From contig CP181291.1 in the NCBI GenBank assembly GCA_052279835.1, forward strand, positions 2,112,001-2,176,000: a DNA stretch of 64,000 nucleotides. Direction: 5' to 3'. Source of the stretch: Microcoleus sp. (GTDB lineage Bacteria > Cyanobacteriota > Cyanobacteriia > Cyanobacteriales > Microcoleaceae). Shown one piece after another: positions 1-9,263 of the stretch (positions within the stretch are counted from its first letter, which is position 1; the number at the start of each line of letters is the position of its first letter). The notes beneath the pieces were generated by a model. That model saw only the letters and a program-made list of their open reading frames with translations. It made no database searches and had not been told where the DNA came from. The translations under genes and the position numbers were made by a program.

Positions 1-6
1 GAAATT

Positions 7-1137
7 ATGAGTTTGCTGGCAGAAAATGCCCCACCTATCAAAGATGAACCAGCAAATTTAATCCCCAATCAAGTATTAGAAACTACTAGCCATAACATTC
101 CTTTGCCCACAGCAGAACCGGAATTGCCAGGAGGACAAGTCGATGTCGCTTCTCAATTTTATGTAGAACGCCCTCCCATTGAAGAAAGGTGTTATCAAAC
201 TATTTTGCAGCCCAGCGCCTTAATTAGAATAAAAGCTCCCCGACAGATGGGGAAAACTTCTTTAATGGCAAAAATTTTGCACCGCGCATCCTGTCAAGAT
301 TATCGCACTGTACCGCTGACTTTTCAGTTAGTTGATAAAACTGTATTTGCCAATCTTGATAAATTTCTCAAGTGGTTTTGTGCCTATGTAGGGCGAGAGT
401 TACACATACCCAATCAACTAGATGATTATTGGGATGAAATTTTTGGGAGCAAAGTTAACTGCAAAGATTACTTTGAAAAATATCTGTTGCCACAAATAGA
501 CACTCCTTTGGTATTAGGATTAGACGAGATCGATCGCGTTTTTCAATATCCCGACATTGCCGAAGATTTTTTAGGACTGCTGCGGGCTTGGCACGAAGAA
601 TCCAAGCGGCGCGACATCTGGAAAAAACTGCGCTTAATTGTAGTTCACTCCACCGAAGTTTACATTCCGATGAATATCAATCAATCGCCTTTCAACGTCG
701 GACTGCCCGTAGATTTGCCAGAATTCAACGCTGGGCAAATCCAAGATTTAGCAGCGCGCCACAACTTGAATTGGTCTGAGGCCGAAGTAGAGAAATTAAT
801 GGCAATTGTCGGCGGTCATCCTTATCTAGTGCGAGTTGCATTATATCACATTTCGCGCTCGGATTTGATGCTTGATGAATTAAAAGAAAGTGCGATCGCA
901 GATGCGGGAATTTATAGCGACCATTTGCGCCGCCAATTGTGGAATTTAGAAGAATATCCAGAGTTAGCGCAGGGGATGAGAGAGATTGCTGCGGCGGATT
1001 CTCCGGTGCAATTAAAGGCGATGCAGGCGTTTAAATTGGATAGTTTGGGGTTGGTGAAATTACACGGGAATGAGTGCGTGCCCAGGTGCGAACTGTATCG
1101 GCAATATTTTCGATCGCACTTAAGCGCGATCGGGTAA
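7..1137 (+). CDS. AAA-like (AAA_35, STAND-type) NTPase domain protein; probably begins upstream of the window
   Basis: Walker A KAPRQMGKTS, Walker B LGLDEID, SPFNVG and GGHPYL motifs; the frame is open back to base 1. Confidence 0.85.
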   Translation: MSLLAENAPPIKDEPANLIPNQVLETTSHNIPLPTAEPELPGGQVDVASQFYVERPPIEERCYQTILQPSALIRIKAPRQMGKTSLMAKILHRASCQDYRTVPLTFQLVDKTVFANLDKFLKWFCAYVGRELHIPNQLDDYWDEIFGSKVNCKDYFEKYLLPQIDTPLVLGLDEIDRVFQYPDIAEDFLGLLRAWHEESKRRDIWKKLRLIVVHSTEVYIPMNINQSPFNVGLPVDLPEFNAGQIQDLAARHNLNWSEAEVEKLMAIVGGHPYLVRVALYHISRSDLMLDELKESAIADAGIYSDHLRRQLWNLEEYPELAQGMREIAAADSPVQLKAMQAFKLDSLGLVKLHGNECVPRCELYRQYFRSHLSAIG

Positions 1138-1170
1138 GATTAAATGTGGGTTAAAAATCTGCGCTCGAAA

Positions 1171-1226
1171 TCGGCGGTTGAAACCGCTCCTTGTCAAACA
1201 AAGTCCGCCTACGCGGACTAAAGAAT
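1171..1226 (+). repeat. Dispersed 56-bp double-hairpin repeat, copy A
   Basis: tcggcggttgaaaccgc...aagtccgcctacgcggactaaagaat; its reverse complement matches 2969-3024 at 48/56 by manual alignment. Confidence 0.85.
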
Positions 1227-1399
1227 CAGGTGAATGATACCCATGAACGATATTTTTTTAATAACTTCCGATAATTGGCTAGATTGGATAACCGTATTTG
1301 GTTATCTAGGTTTTACAGCTTTCATAATCTGGCGGATTTTGGTTGCCAAGTAGATAGATATATATGATAAAATAAGAAACTACTCAACTCCCGCAGACT

Positions 1400-2002
1400 A
1401 TGATGTCGCCTGTTGAAAGTGTCGCAGCAATTCCCAACGATCTGATTTTGCGCTTGAGCATCCAGCAGTATCATGCGATGATTCAAGCTGGCATTCTCAC
1501 GGATGATGACTCTGTAGAATTGCTCGAAGGTTGGCTGGTTTTCAAAATGCCCAAAAATCCACCGCATCGAGTTACAACTCGTCTTGTCAGAACAGCTTTA
1601 GAGAATATTTTACCTCCTGGTTGGTATGTCGATTCCCAAGAACCGATAACGCTATTCAACAGCGAACCCGAACCCGATATAGTAGTTGTTAGAGGGGATA
1701 CACGACAATATCTCGATCGCCATCCTGGTGCTGAAGATATTGCTCTGATTATAGAAGTATCTGATACAACGCTTCAGCGCGACCGAACAATCAAAAAACG
1801 GATTTATGCCCGCGCTGGAATTGCCATTTATTGGATTGTGAATCTTGTGGAAGAGCAGGTGGAAGTTTACTCTCAACCGAGTGCGGAAGTTGAGCCACCA
1901 TATTACAGTCAAAGGTTGGATTTTGGGCGATCGGCTGTTGTACCGATTATGATTGCAGGAATAGAAATAGGGGCGATCGCTGTCAATTCTCTTTTGCCTT
2001 AA
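1400..2002 (+). CDS. Uma2 family (DUF820) PD-(D/E)XK endonuclease-like protein
   Basis: VELLEG, EPEPDIVV, LIIEVSDTT, DRTIKKRIYARAGIAIYWIVNL motifs. Confidence 0.9.
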   Translation: MMSPVESVAAIPNDLILRLSIQQYHAMIQAGILTDDDSVELLEGWLVFKMPKNPPHRVTTRLVRTALENILPPGWYVDSQEPITLFNSEPEPDIVVVRGDTRQYLDRHPGAEDIALIIEVSDTTLQRDRTIKKRIYARAGIAIYWIVNLVEEQVEVYSQPSAEVEPPYYSQRLDFGRSAVVPIMIAGIEIGAIAVNSLLP

Positions 2003-2011
2003 GATAAATAA

Positions 2012-2196
2012 TAAGATGGCTATATAAAACTACCTTCTTCTTATTCTTTCTTTCCATCTTCGCGTCCTTCGCGCCTTCGCGGTTCGTTTAACTTAAGATA
2101 GCTATATAAAACTACCTTCTTCTTATTCTTTCTTTCCATCTTCGCGTCCCTACCCTAGGGGAACGGCTTCGCCGAAGGCGCCTTCGCGGTTCGTTC
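2012..2196. repeat. Tandem duplication (period 82 bp) containing the cttcgcgtccttcgcgccttcgcggtt dispersed repeat
   Basis: taagat(g/a)gctatataaaactaccttcttc...cttcgcgtcc at 2012 and 2094; the second copy carries an insertion at 2150-2177. Confidence 0.85.
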
Positions 2197-2927
2197 AGTT
2201 TTCGTAAAATCGGAATTTGTTCTAACTGTTCCGATCGCAAACTATCCCAGTTTAACCCGGTTGGGCGCGGATAACTTGTATTAGTTTCAATTACTTCCTG
2301 GGCAGTCACAATCCAATTCAACGCCCAATCGTGAGCCTGCATTGGCAAAAGCGAATCTGCAACTACTTGCAAAGGATGCACAGTTGTCACAATCGGCGTA
2401 TCGATTTCTACTAACCCGAATTCCTGCAACATCGCTAATTCCAAATCAGCAAATCCTGCTCCTTTCCCGGTTCTTCCACCGCCCGGCCCCGCCGCTACGC
2501 AGCCGACTATTACTAAATCAATCGGCTCCATTTCTGCAAAACTTACCAATCTGCCGCAAGTTAGGGCTTTGCGGGCGATCGCACTTTCGGCAATAGATAC
2601 ATTTTGCCTTTGCAAATCCTCAGCAGTCAACTCAACAAAACAGCGATCGTCTGTCAAGCGCGGTACTGCCATATACAGCCGTTTTCCATCTTGTAAAGCC
2701 CGCATCCGCACCGGAATTTGCGCCGAATCGGGATTGCACTTAATCGTTTTTGCCTGTTGCCAAATCGATAAACTTGCCAACTTTGCCGCCGCCAATTCGG
2801 CCCCAACAAAGTTGGGAATATGACCAAACGGATCGCCAACAGATGCGGCTTGCTGCTTCAGCAAAGACCAAATTTCATTTCTTAAATTGTCTTTGTCGTG
2901 GTGATATCCAGTCCAATCAGTTTTCAT
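2112..2927 (-). CDS. 5-formyltetrahydrofolate cyclo-ligase family (MTHFSD-like) protein
   Basis: GHIPNFVGA, KCNPDSAQ, GGRTGKGAGFADLE, TTVHPLQV, HDWALNWIVT motifs. Confidence 0.85.
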   Translation of the reverse strand: MKTDWTGYHHDKDNLRNEIWSLLKQQAASVGDPFGHIPNFVGAELAAAKLASLSIWQQAKTIKCNPDSAQIPVRMRALQDGKRLYMAVPRLTDDRCFVELTAEDLQRQNVSIAESAIARKALTCGRLVSFAEMEPIDLVIVGCVAAGPGGGRTGKGAGFADLELAMLQEFGLVEIDTPIVTTVHPLQVVADSLLPMQAHDWALNWIVTAQEVIETNTSYPRPTGLNWDSLRSEQLEQIPILRKLNEPRRRLRRSRSPRVGTRRWKERIRRR

Positions 2928-2968
2928 GCTGTATTATGGTACAATATATCATACAAAATTCTACTTTA

Positions 2969-3024
2969 ATTCTTCAGTCCGCGCAGGCGGACTTCGTTTG
3001 TATAGTCGCGGTTTCAACCGCCGA
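2969..3024 (-). repeat. Dispersed 56-bp double-hairpin repeat, copy B (inverted relative to copy A)
   Basis: attcttcagtccgcgcaggcggacttcg...gcggtttcaaccgccga. Confidence 0.85.
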
Positions 3025-3032
3025 ACTAATTT

Positions 3033-5810
3033 ATGAATTTTACCACCAAACCCAGTTACTATCAAGTAGGCGGGAGTCTCACAAATAACGCTCCTAATTA
3101 TGTGAAACGGCACGCAGACGACGACTTCTATAACGGATTGAAAGCCGGGGAATTTTGTTATGTTTTAAATTCTCGGCAAATGGGCAAATCTAGCTTGCAG
3201 GTGCGGACAATTCAACGGCTCAGAAGTGACGGAATTGCTTGTGCGGCGATCGACATTTCGGAAATTGGCAACCGTGGCGTGACTCCCGAACAGTGGTATG
3301 CTGGTCTTCTCCGCATTCTCGAAAATAATTTTAATCTGTCAGATGTTGTCAACGTGCGGACTTGGTGGCGCGATCGCAATTTTTTAGCCCCAGTTCAAAG
3401 ATTGAGCGAATTCATAGAAACTGTACTGTTAGCTAATATTGCCAGTAACATTGTCATTTTTATTGATGAAATCGACAGCATTCTCGCCCTAGATTTTTCC
3501 GCCGACGATTTTTTAGCGTTAATTCGCTCGTGCTACAATAAACGGGCAAATAATTCAGAATTCGATCGCCTAACTTGGGCGCTTTTAGGAGTAGCATCAC
3601 CGACGGATTTGTGCCGCGACAAGAATGTCAGCAATAACACCCCATTTAATATTGGCAAGGCCATCGAATTAACTGGTTTTGACGAAACAGAAGCGCAACC
3701 GTTAGCAGCGGGGTTGGCTGAGATTACAGATAGTTCTCAAGAAGTTTTGCGAGAGGTTTTGTATTGGACGGGAGGGCAACCTTTTTTGACTCAAAAGCTT
3801 TGTAAACTTCTCTTTGAAAATTCACATTTAATCGGGGATTTACCCCCCCCAGCCCCCCCTTATCAAGGGGGGGAGAAAGAGCAAGTCAATAATTTTATCC
3901 AGGGGCAAAAACAGCAACTCAATAATCCTAAAGAGTGGGTGGAGAAAGTGGTGCGTTTAAAAATTGTGGATAATTGGGAATCTCAAGATGTGCCGGAACA
4001 TTTATCTACAATTCGCGATCGCCTGTTTAAAGAAAATCAACGCATTGTCAGGAGACTCGGATTATATCAGCACATTTTACTGCAAGTTGAAGTTATCCCT
4101 GATGGCAGTGCGGAACAAATGGAATTGCGATTGACTGGATTAATAGTTAAAACTGGGAATAAACTAAGACTAGCTAATCCTATTTATGAAGCTATCTTTA
4201 ACAACACTATTGTTCAACAAAAATTAGATGAATTGGCTCCTTACTCCTCGGCTATTAAAGCATGGTTTAATTCTCACTGTCAAGACAATTCACAACTTTT
4301 GCAGGGGAAAGATTTACAATCATCGTTGATTTGGGCCGCCGAAAAAAGCTTAAGAAATGAAGACTTTCAGTTTTTAACAGCCAGCCAAAAACTGATGTTT
4401 ACCGCTCAAAATCAGCTTTTAGAATCTACTAAGCTAGAAATTACACAAGCTGTCAATGATGCCCAAAAAGCCCAGTTAGAAACACAAGCATCTAAACAAA
4501 AAGCTAAACAGTGGATCGGTCTTGGTTCGGCGGCGCTTGCTCTATCTTTGGCGGGGGCGATCGGTTTTTCAACTCTCGCTTACCAGCGGTTCAAACTAGC
4601 ACAAGCTAGTATCGAAATTGAACAAACTGGTAGTGATGCTTTACTTTTAGCTGTGTCTCAGAAGACTGAAAATAGTCAAGCTTTGTCTGAGGCTTTACTG
4701 CGGGCGATCGCATCGGGAAAAGCATTGAAAAATTTGATAAAAAACCAACCTCATTTAGAACTATATCCTGCCACTAGACCGCTGTTAGCTTTACAAGTGA
4801 TTCTCGATAAACTTAGTAGTAACAAACAGCAGCTTCAACAATCATCTCTGCCACTCAGAAAGATGAATTGGAAAGCTCACAAGGGTGCTATTACCAGTGT
4901 GGCTTTTTCCCCAGATCGCCAAATTATAGCTACCGCAGGAGTAGACGATAGCGTGCGGATTTGGAGCTTATCCGGGCAAAAAATTTCTGAATGGAAAGCT
5001 TTACAAAAGTCGATAAATGTGTTAAGCTTTAGTCCCGACGGCAAAACTTTAGCAACTGCTGGTAAAGATAGCACAGTTAAGTTATGGGATTTATCGGGGA
5101 AAAAAATCTACAAATTTCAAGCCATGTCAGGCTCGGTTACTAGCATTAGTTTTAGCCCGGATAGCAAGTTTTTAGCTGCGGCTGGAATAGAAAGTAATGC
5201 TGCTATTTGGCAGATTTCTCCCATTCCAAAAACTAGATTGTTGCCAGTTTTTTTGCCTGGTCATAACGGCTTAGTTAGAAGCGTTAACTTTAGTCAAAAC
5301 GGGGATTTTTTAACTACTTTAGATGGCAAATCTACGGTGCGTATTTGGAATTCATCTGGTAAGTTAATCCAAAAAATACCCGTTCAGGCGATCGGCATTA
5401 GTTTCAGTCTCAACCAACAGCAGCAGCGCTTTGCTACAGTAACATTGAATGGGAAAATAGGGCTGTGGAATTTGTCAAACCAAGAATTAGTGAAGGAATT
5501 TCAAACTTTGCATTTAGATGCAAAATCTATTAGTTTTAGCCCCGATGGAGAACGGCTTGCTACCGTGGGAATTGATAAGACAGTGCGGTTGTGGAATTTA
5601 GCAGGGCGGCAAGTTGCTCAATTTGAGTTTGCAGAGAATGTTGTTAGTGTCAGTTGGAGTCGAGATGGAAAGCAAATTGCTGTGGCTGGAAGTAATGGTA
5701 CTGTCTGGTTGAGGAAAGTTGAAAGTTTAAAAGAATTACTGAAGGAAAGTTGCAATTTTTTCACCAATCAACCGGAGTATTTGACAAGAGTTTCCAGTCT
5801 TTGTCAGTAA
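3033..5810 (+). CDS. AAA_35 NTPase + transmembrane helix + WD40 repeat protein
   Basis: YQVGGSL, SRQMGKSSL, IFIDEIDS, TPFNIG, WTGGQPFLTQ; hydrophobic WIGLGSAALALSLAGAIGF; several FSPDG...WD/WN repeats. Confidence 0.9.
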   Translation: MNFTTKPSYYQVGGSLTNNAPNYVKRHADDDFYNGLKAGEFCYVLNSRQMGKSSLQVRTIQRLRSDGIACAAIDISEIGNRGVTPEQWYAGLLRILENNFNLSDVVNVRTWWRDRNFLAPVQRLSEFIETVLLANIASNIVIFIDEIDSILALDFSADDFLALIRSCYNKRANNSEFDRLTWALLGVASPTDLCRDKNVSNNTPFNIGKAIELTGFDETEAQPLAAGLAEITDSSQEVLREVLYWTGGQPFLTQKLCKLLFENSHLIGDLPPPAPPYQGGEKEQVNNFIQGQKQQLNNPKEWVEKVVRLKIVDNWESQDVPEHLSTIRDRLFKENQRIVRRLGLYQHILLQVEVIPDGSAEQMELRLTGLIVKTGNKLRLANPIYEAIFNNTIVQQKLDELAPYSSAIKAWFNSHCQDNSQLLQGKDLQSSLIWAAEKSLRNEDFQFLTASQKLMFTAQNQLLESTKLEITQAVNDAQKAQLETQASKQKAKQWIGLGSAALALSLAGAIGFSTLAYQRFKLAQASIEIEQTGSDALLLAVSQKTENSQALSEALLRAIASGKALKNLIKNQPHLELYPATRPLLALQVILDKLSSNKQQLQQSSLPLRKMNWKAHKGAITSVAFSPDRQIIATAGVDDSVRIWSLSGQKISEWKALQKSINVLSFSPDGKTLATAGKDSTVKLWDLSGKKIYKFQAMSGSVTSISFSPDSKFLAAAGIESNAAIWQISPIPKTRLLPVFLPGHNGLVRSVNFSQNGDFLTTLDGKSTVRIWNSSGKLIQKIPVQAIGISFSLNQQQQRFATVTLNGKIGLWNLSNQELVKEFQTLHLDAKSISFSPDGERLATVGIDKTVRLWNLAGRQVAQFEFAENVVSVSWSRDGKQIAVAGSNGTVWLRKVESLKELLKESCNFFTNQPEYLTRVSSLCQ

Positions 5811-5817
5811 CTGATTA

Positions 5818-6279
5818 TCAATTTACCTTAACAGGTGGAATACTTAAATTAGGATTTTTGATTCTTCTTAATAGTTCTTGTCTCGCTTGTTCAGGATTTT
5901 GCCCTCTCGGTATCTGATATAATAACCTACAGGAACCGTCTTGAGGATTGGCTGCACAAATAATCGGTTGACCTGTACGGGATGCACCTGCTGTGACAAT
6001 ATTGTCCCAGTTTCCCTGGGATTGGGCATTGTTGAGAATTGCTGAAACTCGCGTACACCGAGTAATCGCATCTTCGCCGGATTCATTGAAATAGTTGTCT
6101 GTAACCCACAAAATAACCGGAATATTTTTGCCTTGTTGGTCAGCAATTGTAGCTGGATGGCTACCAGCAGCCCCGCAGAAGAATGAATATGTTTGAGCGA
6201 AAGCGGGAAGGTTTGTGAGAATCGGGGCGATCGCTATTATTGACGCGCTAAAAACTGACTTTAAGAGCCAAAATTTCAT
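5818..6279 (-). CDS. COP23 domain-containing secreted protein
   Basis: N-terminal signal peptide (AFA site); FFCG...PATI...IPVILW...RCTRVS...QPIICA pattern typical of COP23. Confidence 0.75.
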   Translation of the reverse strand: MKFWLLKSVFSASIIAIAPILTNLPAFAQTYSFFCGAAGSHPATIADQQGKNIPVILWVTDNYFNESGEDAITRCTRVSAILNNAQSQGNWDNIVTAGASRTGQPIICAANPQDGSCRLLYQIPRGQNPEQARQELLRRIKNPNLSIPPVKVN

Positions 6280-6622
6280 GGGAATTAATCAGGCTGGCGA
6301 TCGAAGGTTATTCATAGTCTAAAAAATTAAACTGATGCTTGCCGGGAAGATTAGGGATTTAGGGAAAAAAATCAAAATATGGGCAAACTTTTTCCCCATC
6401 CCTGCTACTGGACTCATCAGGTATAAAATCTCGACCGAAATCCTCGCCCACATACTCTCCGGGCCAGAAAATAATTCGCCCCCACAAGCATCTGCTGGAC
6501 TCTAGAGGCTAAACCTGCTATTTTTTCACTTTTGTGTTGAGACTCAATCATTGCTGGCGTCACCCCCCTAAATGAGAACCTGTGTTACCATCGGTGAAAA
6601 TATTCTCGCTTAATAATCAACA

Positions 6623-7120
6623 ATGGGCAATGTTCTGGTGCTGAACGTCTCCTACGAACCCCTTAACATCACCAATTGGCGAAGGGCAGTAGTTTTGTTG
6701 CTGAAAGGAAAAGCTGAGCAGGTAGAACACAACGGGAAATTTATTGCGCCTAATTTCCCGCTACCCACAGTGATTCGACTGCGGCATTATGTCCGAGTTC
6801 CCTACAAGGATATTCCACTCACCCGCCGGAATATCTTGCACCGGGATGCCCACTCTTGTCAATACTGTAGTTACACTGGGGATGATTTAACCCTCGATCA
6901 TGTGATTCCTCGATCGCGCGGAGGAGGTGAATCTTGGGAAAACCTCGTCACCGCCTGTATGCGCTGCAACGTCAAAAAAGGCAGCCGAACCCCGAAAGAA
7001 GCCGGAATGCTCTTGCGATATCCGCCTCGGAAACCTTACAGCGGTCTTTATTTTGAAGTGACTAAACACGTTAAGAGCGGTATGCACCAAGAATGGCAAA
7101 AATATGTAATCGGTCTTTAA
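6623..7120 (+). CDS. HNH endonuclease (conserved cyanobacterial McrA-like family)
   Basis: VLVLNVSYEPL, RDAHSCQYC, LTLDHVIPRSRGG, WENLVTACMRCNVKKG. Confidence 0.92.
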   Translation: MGNVLVLNVSYEPLNITNWRRAVVLLLKGKAEQVEHNGKFIAPNFPLPTVIRLRHYVRVPYKDIPLTRRNILHRDAHSCQYCSYTGDDLTLDHVIPRSRGGGESWENLVTACMRCNVKKGSRTPKEAGMLLRYPPRKPYSGLYFEVTKHVKSGMHQEWQKYVIGL

Positions 7121-7121
7121 A

Positions 7122-7153
7122 GCCCCTGTCAGCGCAAGCGCGGGGGTTTTTTT
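7122..7153 (+). terminator. Putative intrinsic terminator
   Basis: Imperfect GC stem (cccc...gcgcaagcgcggggg) followed by a T-run, directly after the HNH stop. Confidence 0.55.
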
Positions 7154-7210
7154 GTAGGATTGTTGAGTGTTGAGTTTTCAGTTCAAGAGTTCAAAAGTTC
7201 AAAAATTTTT

Positions 7211-8482
7211 ATGAAAGACCCCCCTAACTCTTCTGGTACAACCTCGGTAAACAACCAGGTTCAACTAGAATCTAACGATGAAGTTGTAGTATCAAATGTT
7301 GCTGGTAAACGGCGCAGCAAACCTGAACTTCCAGTCGAAGAGAGTCGCCCCAGGAGATTTTCAGACCCTTCGGCCGATCGCCAAGTAGAACTGTTGCGCC
7401 AAATGTTGGAGCGACACCGCGGCCAGCGCCAGTTAATCTTACTGCAAGATTTCCCAGACCCCGACGCACTTTCGAGTGCTTGGACTTACAAATTAATAGC
7501 CGAACAGTACGACATTAACTGCGATCTGATCTATGCAGGAGCCCTGAGTCACCAAGAAAATATTGCTTTAGTTAAATTGACTGGTTTACCCTTGCAAAGG
7601 TGGACGGTGGAAACTGCAAAAACTAAGGATTTATCTGCCTATAAGGGCTGTGTTTTTATCGATAATCAAGGAACTACTTGTCAGTTAACCGATCTGGTTT
7701 TAGGGGCAGGAATTCCGATCGCAGCAGTTATAGACCACCACAGTTTGCAAGGGGAAATGAATGCAGAATTTGCGGATTTGCGCCCCCAAATCCGCGCTAC
7801 AGCCACGATTTTTACCGAATATTTGCAAGCGGGACTCCTAAATCTTGACGGTAGTATCAGCCAGCATATTAAGTGTGCTACGGCTTTGATGCACGGTTTG
7901 CGATCGGATACCAACGCCCTCCGACAAGCTGAGGAGGAAGATTTCTTAGCTGCGGCTTATTTGAGTAGGTTTTATGACCCCCAGTTGCTGAATGCGGTGT
8001 TGCAGTCCTCTCGCTCTAAATGGGTGATGGATGCGATCGAGCGATCGCTCAAACACCGCATTGTCCAAAACAATTTTTCCATCGCAGGTATCGGCTATCT
8101 CCGCTATGACGATCGAGATTCCATTCCCCAAGCAGCGGACTTTTTAGTCACAGAGGAGAACGTACACACAGCCGTTGTCTATGCAATTGTTCACGACAAA
8201 GACGAGGAAATTGAAGTAGTAATTGGCTCCCTGCGAACCACTAAACTGACTCTCGATCCTGATGAATTTATTAAAGAAGCTTTTGGTCAAGATTCTCAAG
8301 GACGCTTTTTTGGTGGAGGCAGAAGTCAAGCTGGAGGTTTTGAAATTCCCGTAGGATTTCTTTCTGGTGGTAATGACAATAGCGATTATGCAAGACTGAA
8401 ATGGGAAGTATTTGATGCTCAGATTAAGCAAAAATTACTGAAATTAATTAGTCCTACAGACAATCCTGTTTATCATAATTAA
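7211..8482 (+). CDS. DHH family bifunctional oligoribonuclease/PAP phosphatase (NrnA-like)
   Basis: PDPDALSSA, VIDHH, GLRSDT, FGGGR motifs; ATG at 7211 preferred over TTG at 7160. Confidence 0.85.
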   Translation: MKDPPNSSGTTSVNNQVQLESNDEVVVSNVAGKRRSKPELPVEESRPRRFSDPSADRQVELLRQMLERHRGQRQLILLQDFPDPDALSSAWTYKLIAEQYDINCDLIYAGALSHQENIALVKLTGLPLQRWTVETAKTKDLSAYKGCVFIDNQGTTCQLTDLVLGAGIPIAAVIDHHSLQGEMNAEFADLRPQIRATATIFTEYLQAGLLNLDGSISQHIKCATALMHGLRSDTNALRQAEEEDFLAAAYLSRFYDPQLLNAVLQSSRSKWVMDAIERSLKHRIVQNNFSIAGIGYLRYDDRDSIPQAADFLVTEENVHTAVVYAIVHDKDEEIEVVIGSLRTTKLTLDPDEFIKEAFGQDSQGRFFGGGRSQAGGFEIPVGFLSGGNDNSDYARLKWEVFDAQIKQKLLKLISPTDNPVYHN

Positions 8483-8655
8483 AGCCACTAATCAATCTCG
8501 TCGATCGCCGATCAAGCATGATGATGATGCCAAACCACAGGGGCGCGATCGGATGCAGCTTGCGGTGAACCAATGGACTGGTAAAATAGGCAACAAAGAC
8601 CGATCGCACCCCATCTGAAAAAAGTGCGATCGGACACCTCAACCAAGAAAAGCCA

Positions 8656-9150
8656 GTGCATCTATACCTGATCCGTCACGGCATCGCAGCCGAACCCGAA
8701 GCCTACGCGACAGACGAAGAACGCCCACTGACTAAAGAGGGCGCGAGCAAAACCCGAAAAGTCGCCCAGCGTCTGTATGAAATCGAAATTCAGTTTGACC
8801 TAATTCTCACCAGTCCCCTCTTACGTGCCACCCAAACCGCCCAAATCCTGCAAACAGCAGGTTTGAGTTCCCAAATCGCCGAATCAGCAGTCCTAGCCCC
8901 ATCAGGAGACATCCACAACTGGCTAGAATGGTACCAACAGTGGCAGGAAACAGGAAGCCGTAGCTTGGCTCTAGTGGGGCACCAACCAGATTTAGGCAAC
9001 TGGGCAGAAACTTTGCTCTGGGGCAGAACCCAAGATGCCATCATCCTCAAAAAAGCAGGTACGATCGGCTTAATCCTCCCCGAAACAGGCTCCCCAGTCG
9101 GCCGCAGCCAAATGTTCTGTTTACTGTCGCCCAAGTTTTTGCTGGGGTAG
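8656..9150 (+). CDS. sixA: Phosphohistidine phosphatase SixA
   Basis: LYLIRHGIA, RPLT, TSPLLRATQTA, LVGHQPDL. Confidence 0.92.
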   Translation: MHLYLIRHGIAAEPEAYATDEERPLTKEGASKTRKVAQRLYEIEIQFDLILTSPLLRATQTAQILQTAGLSSQIAESAVLAPSGDIHNWLEWYQQWQETGSRSLALVGHQPDLGNWAETLLWGRTQDAIILKKAGTIGLILPETGSPVGRSQMFCLLSPKFLLG

Positions 9151-9263
9151 AAAGCAAATAGTCACATTAATTGATTATTGTTTGTTAACGCGGCGACACT
9201 ATCTTGCTTTCTGCTAATGTACTTTGAATAGATTAGATTCCACTCACACAACACGGTATCGCA

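Noticed and set aside
6623..7120. HNH gene as a defence or homing nuclease
   Set aside because: It appears to belong to the widespread cyanobacterial family found next to nrnA-sixA-gltA, with no mobile or defence context
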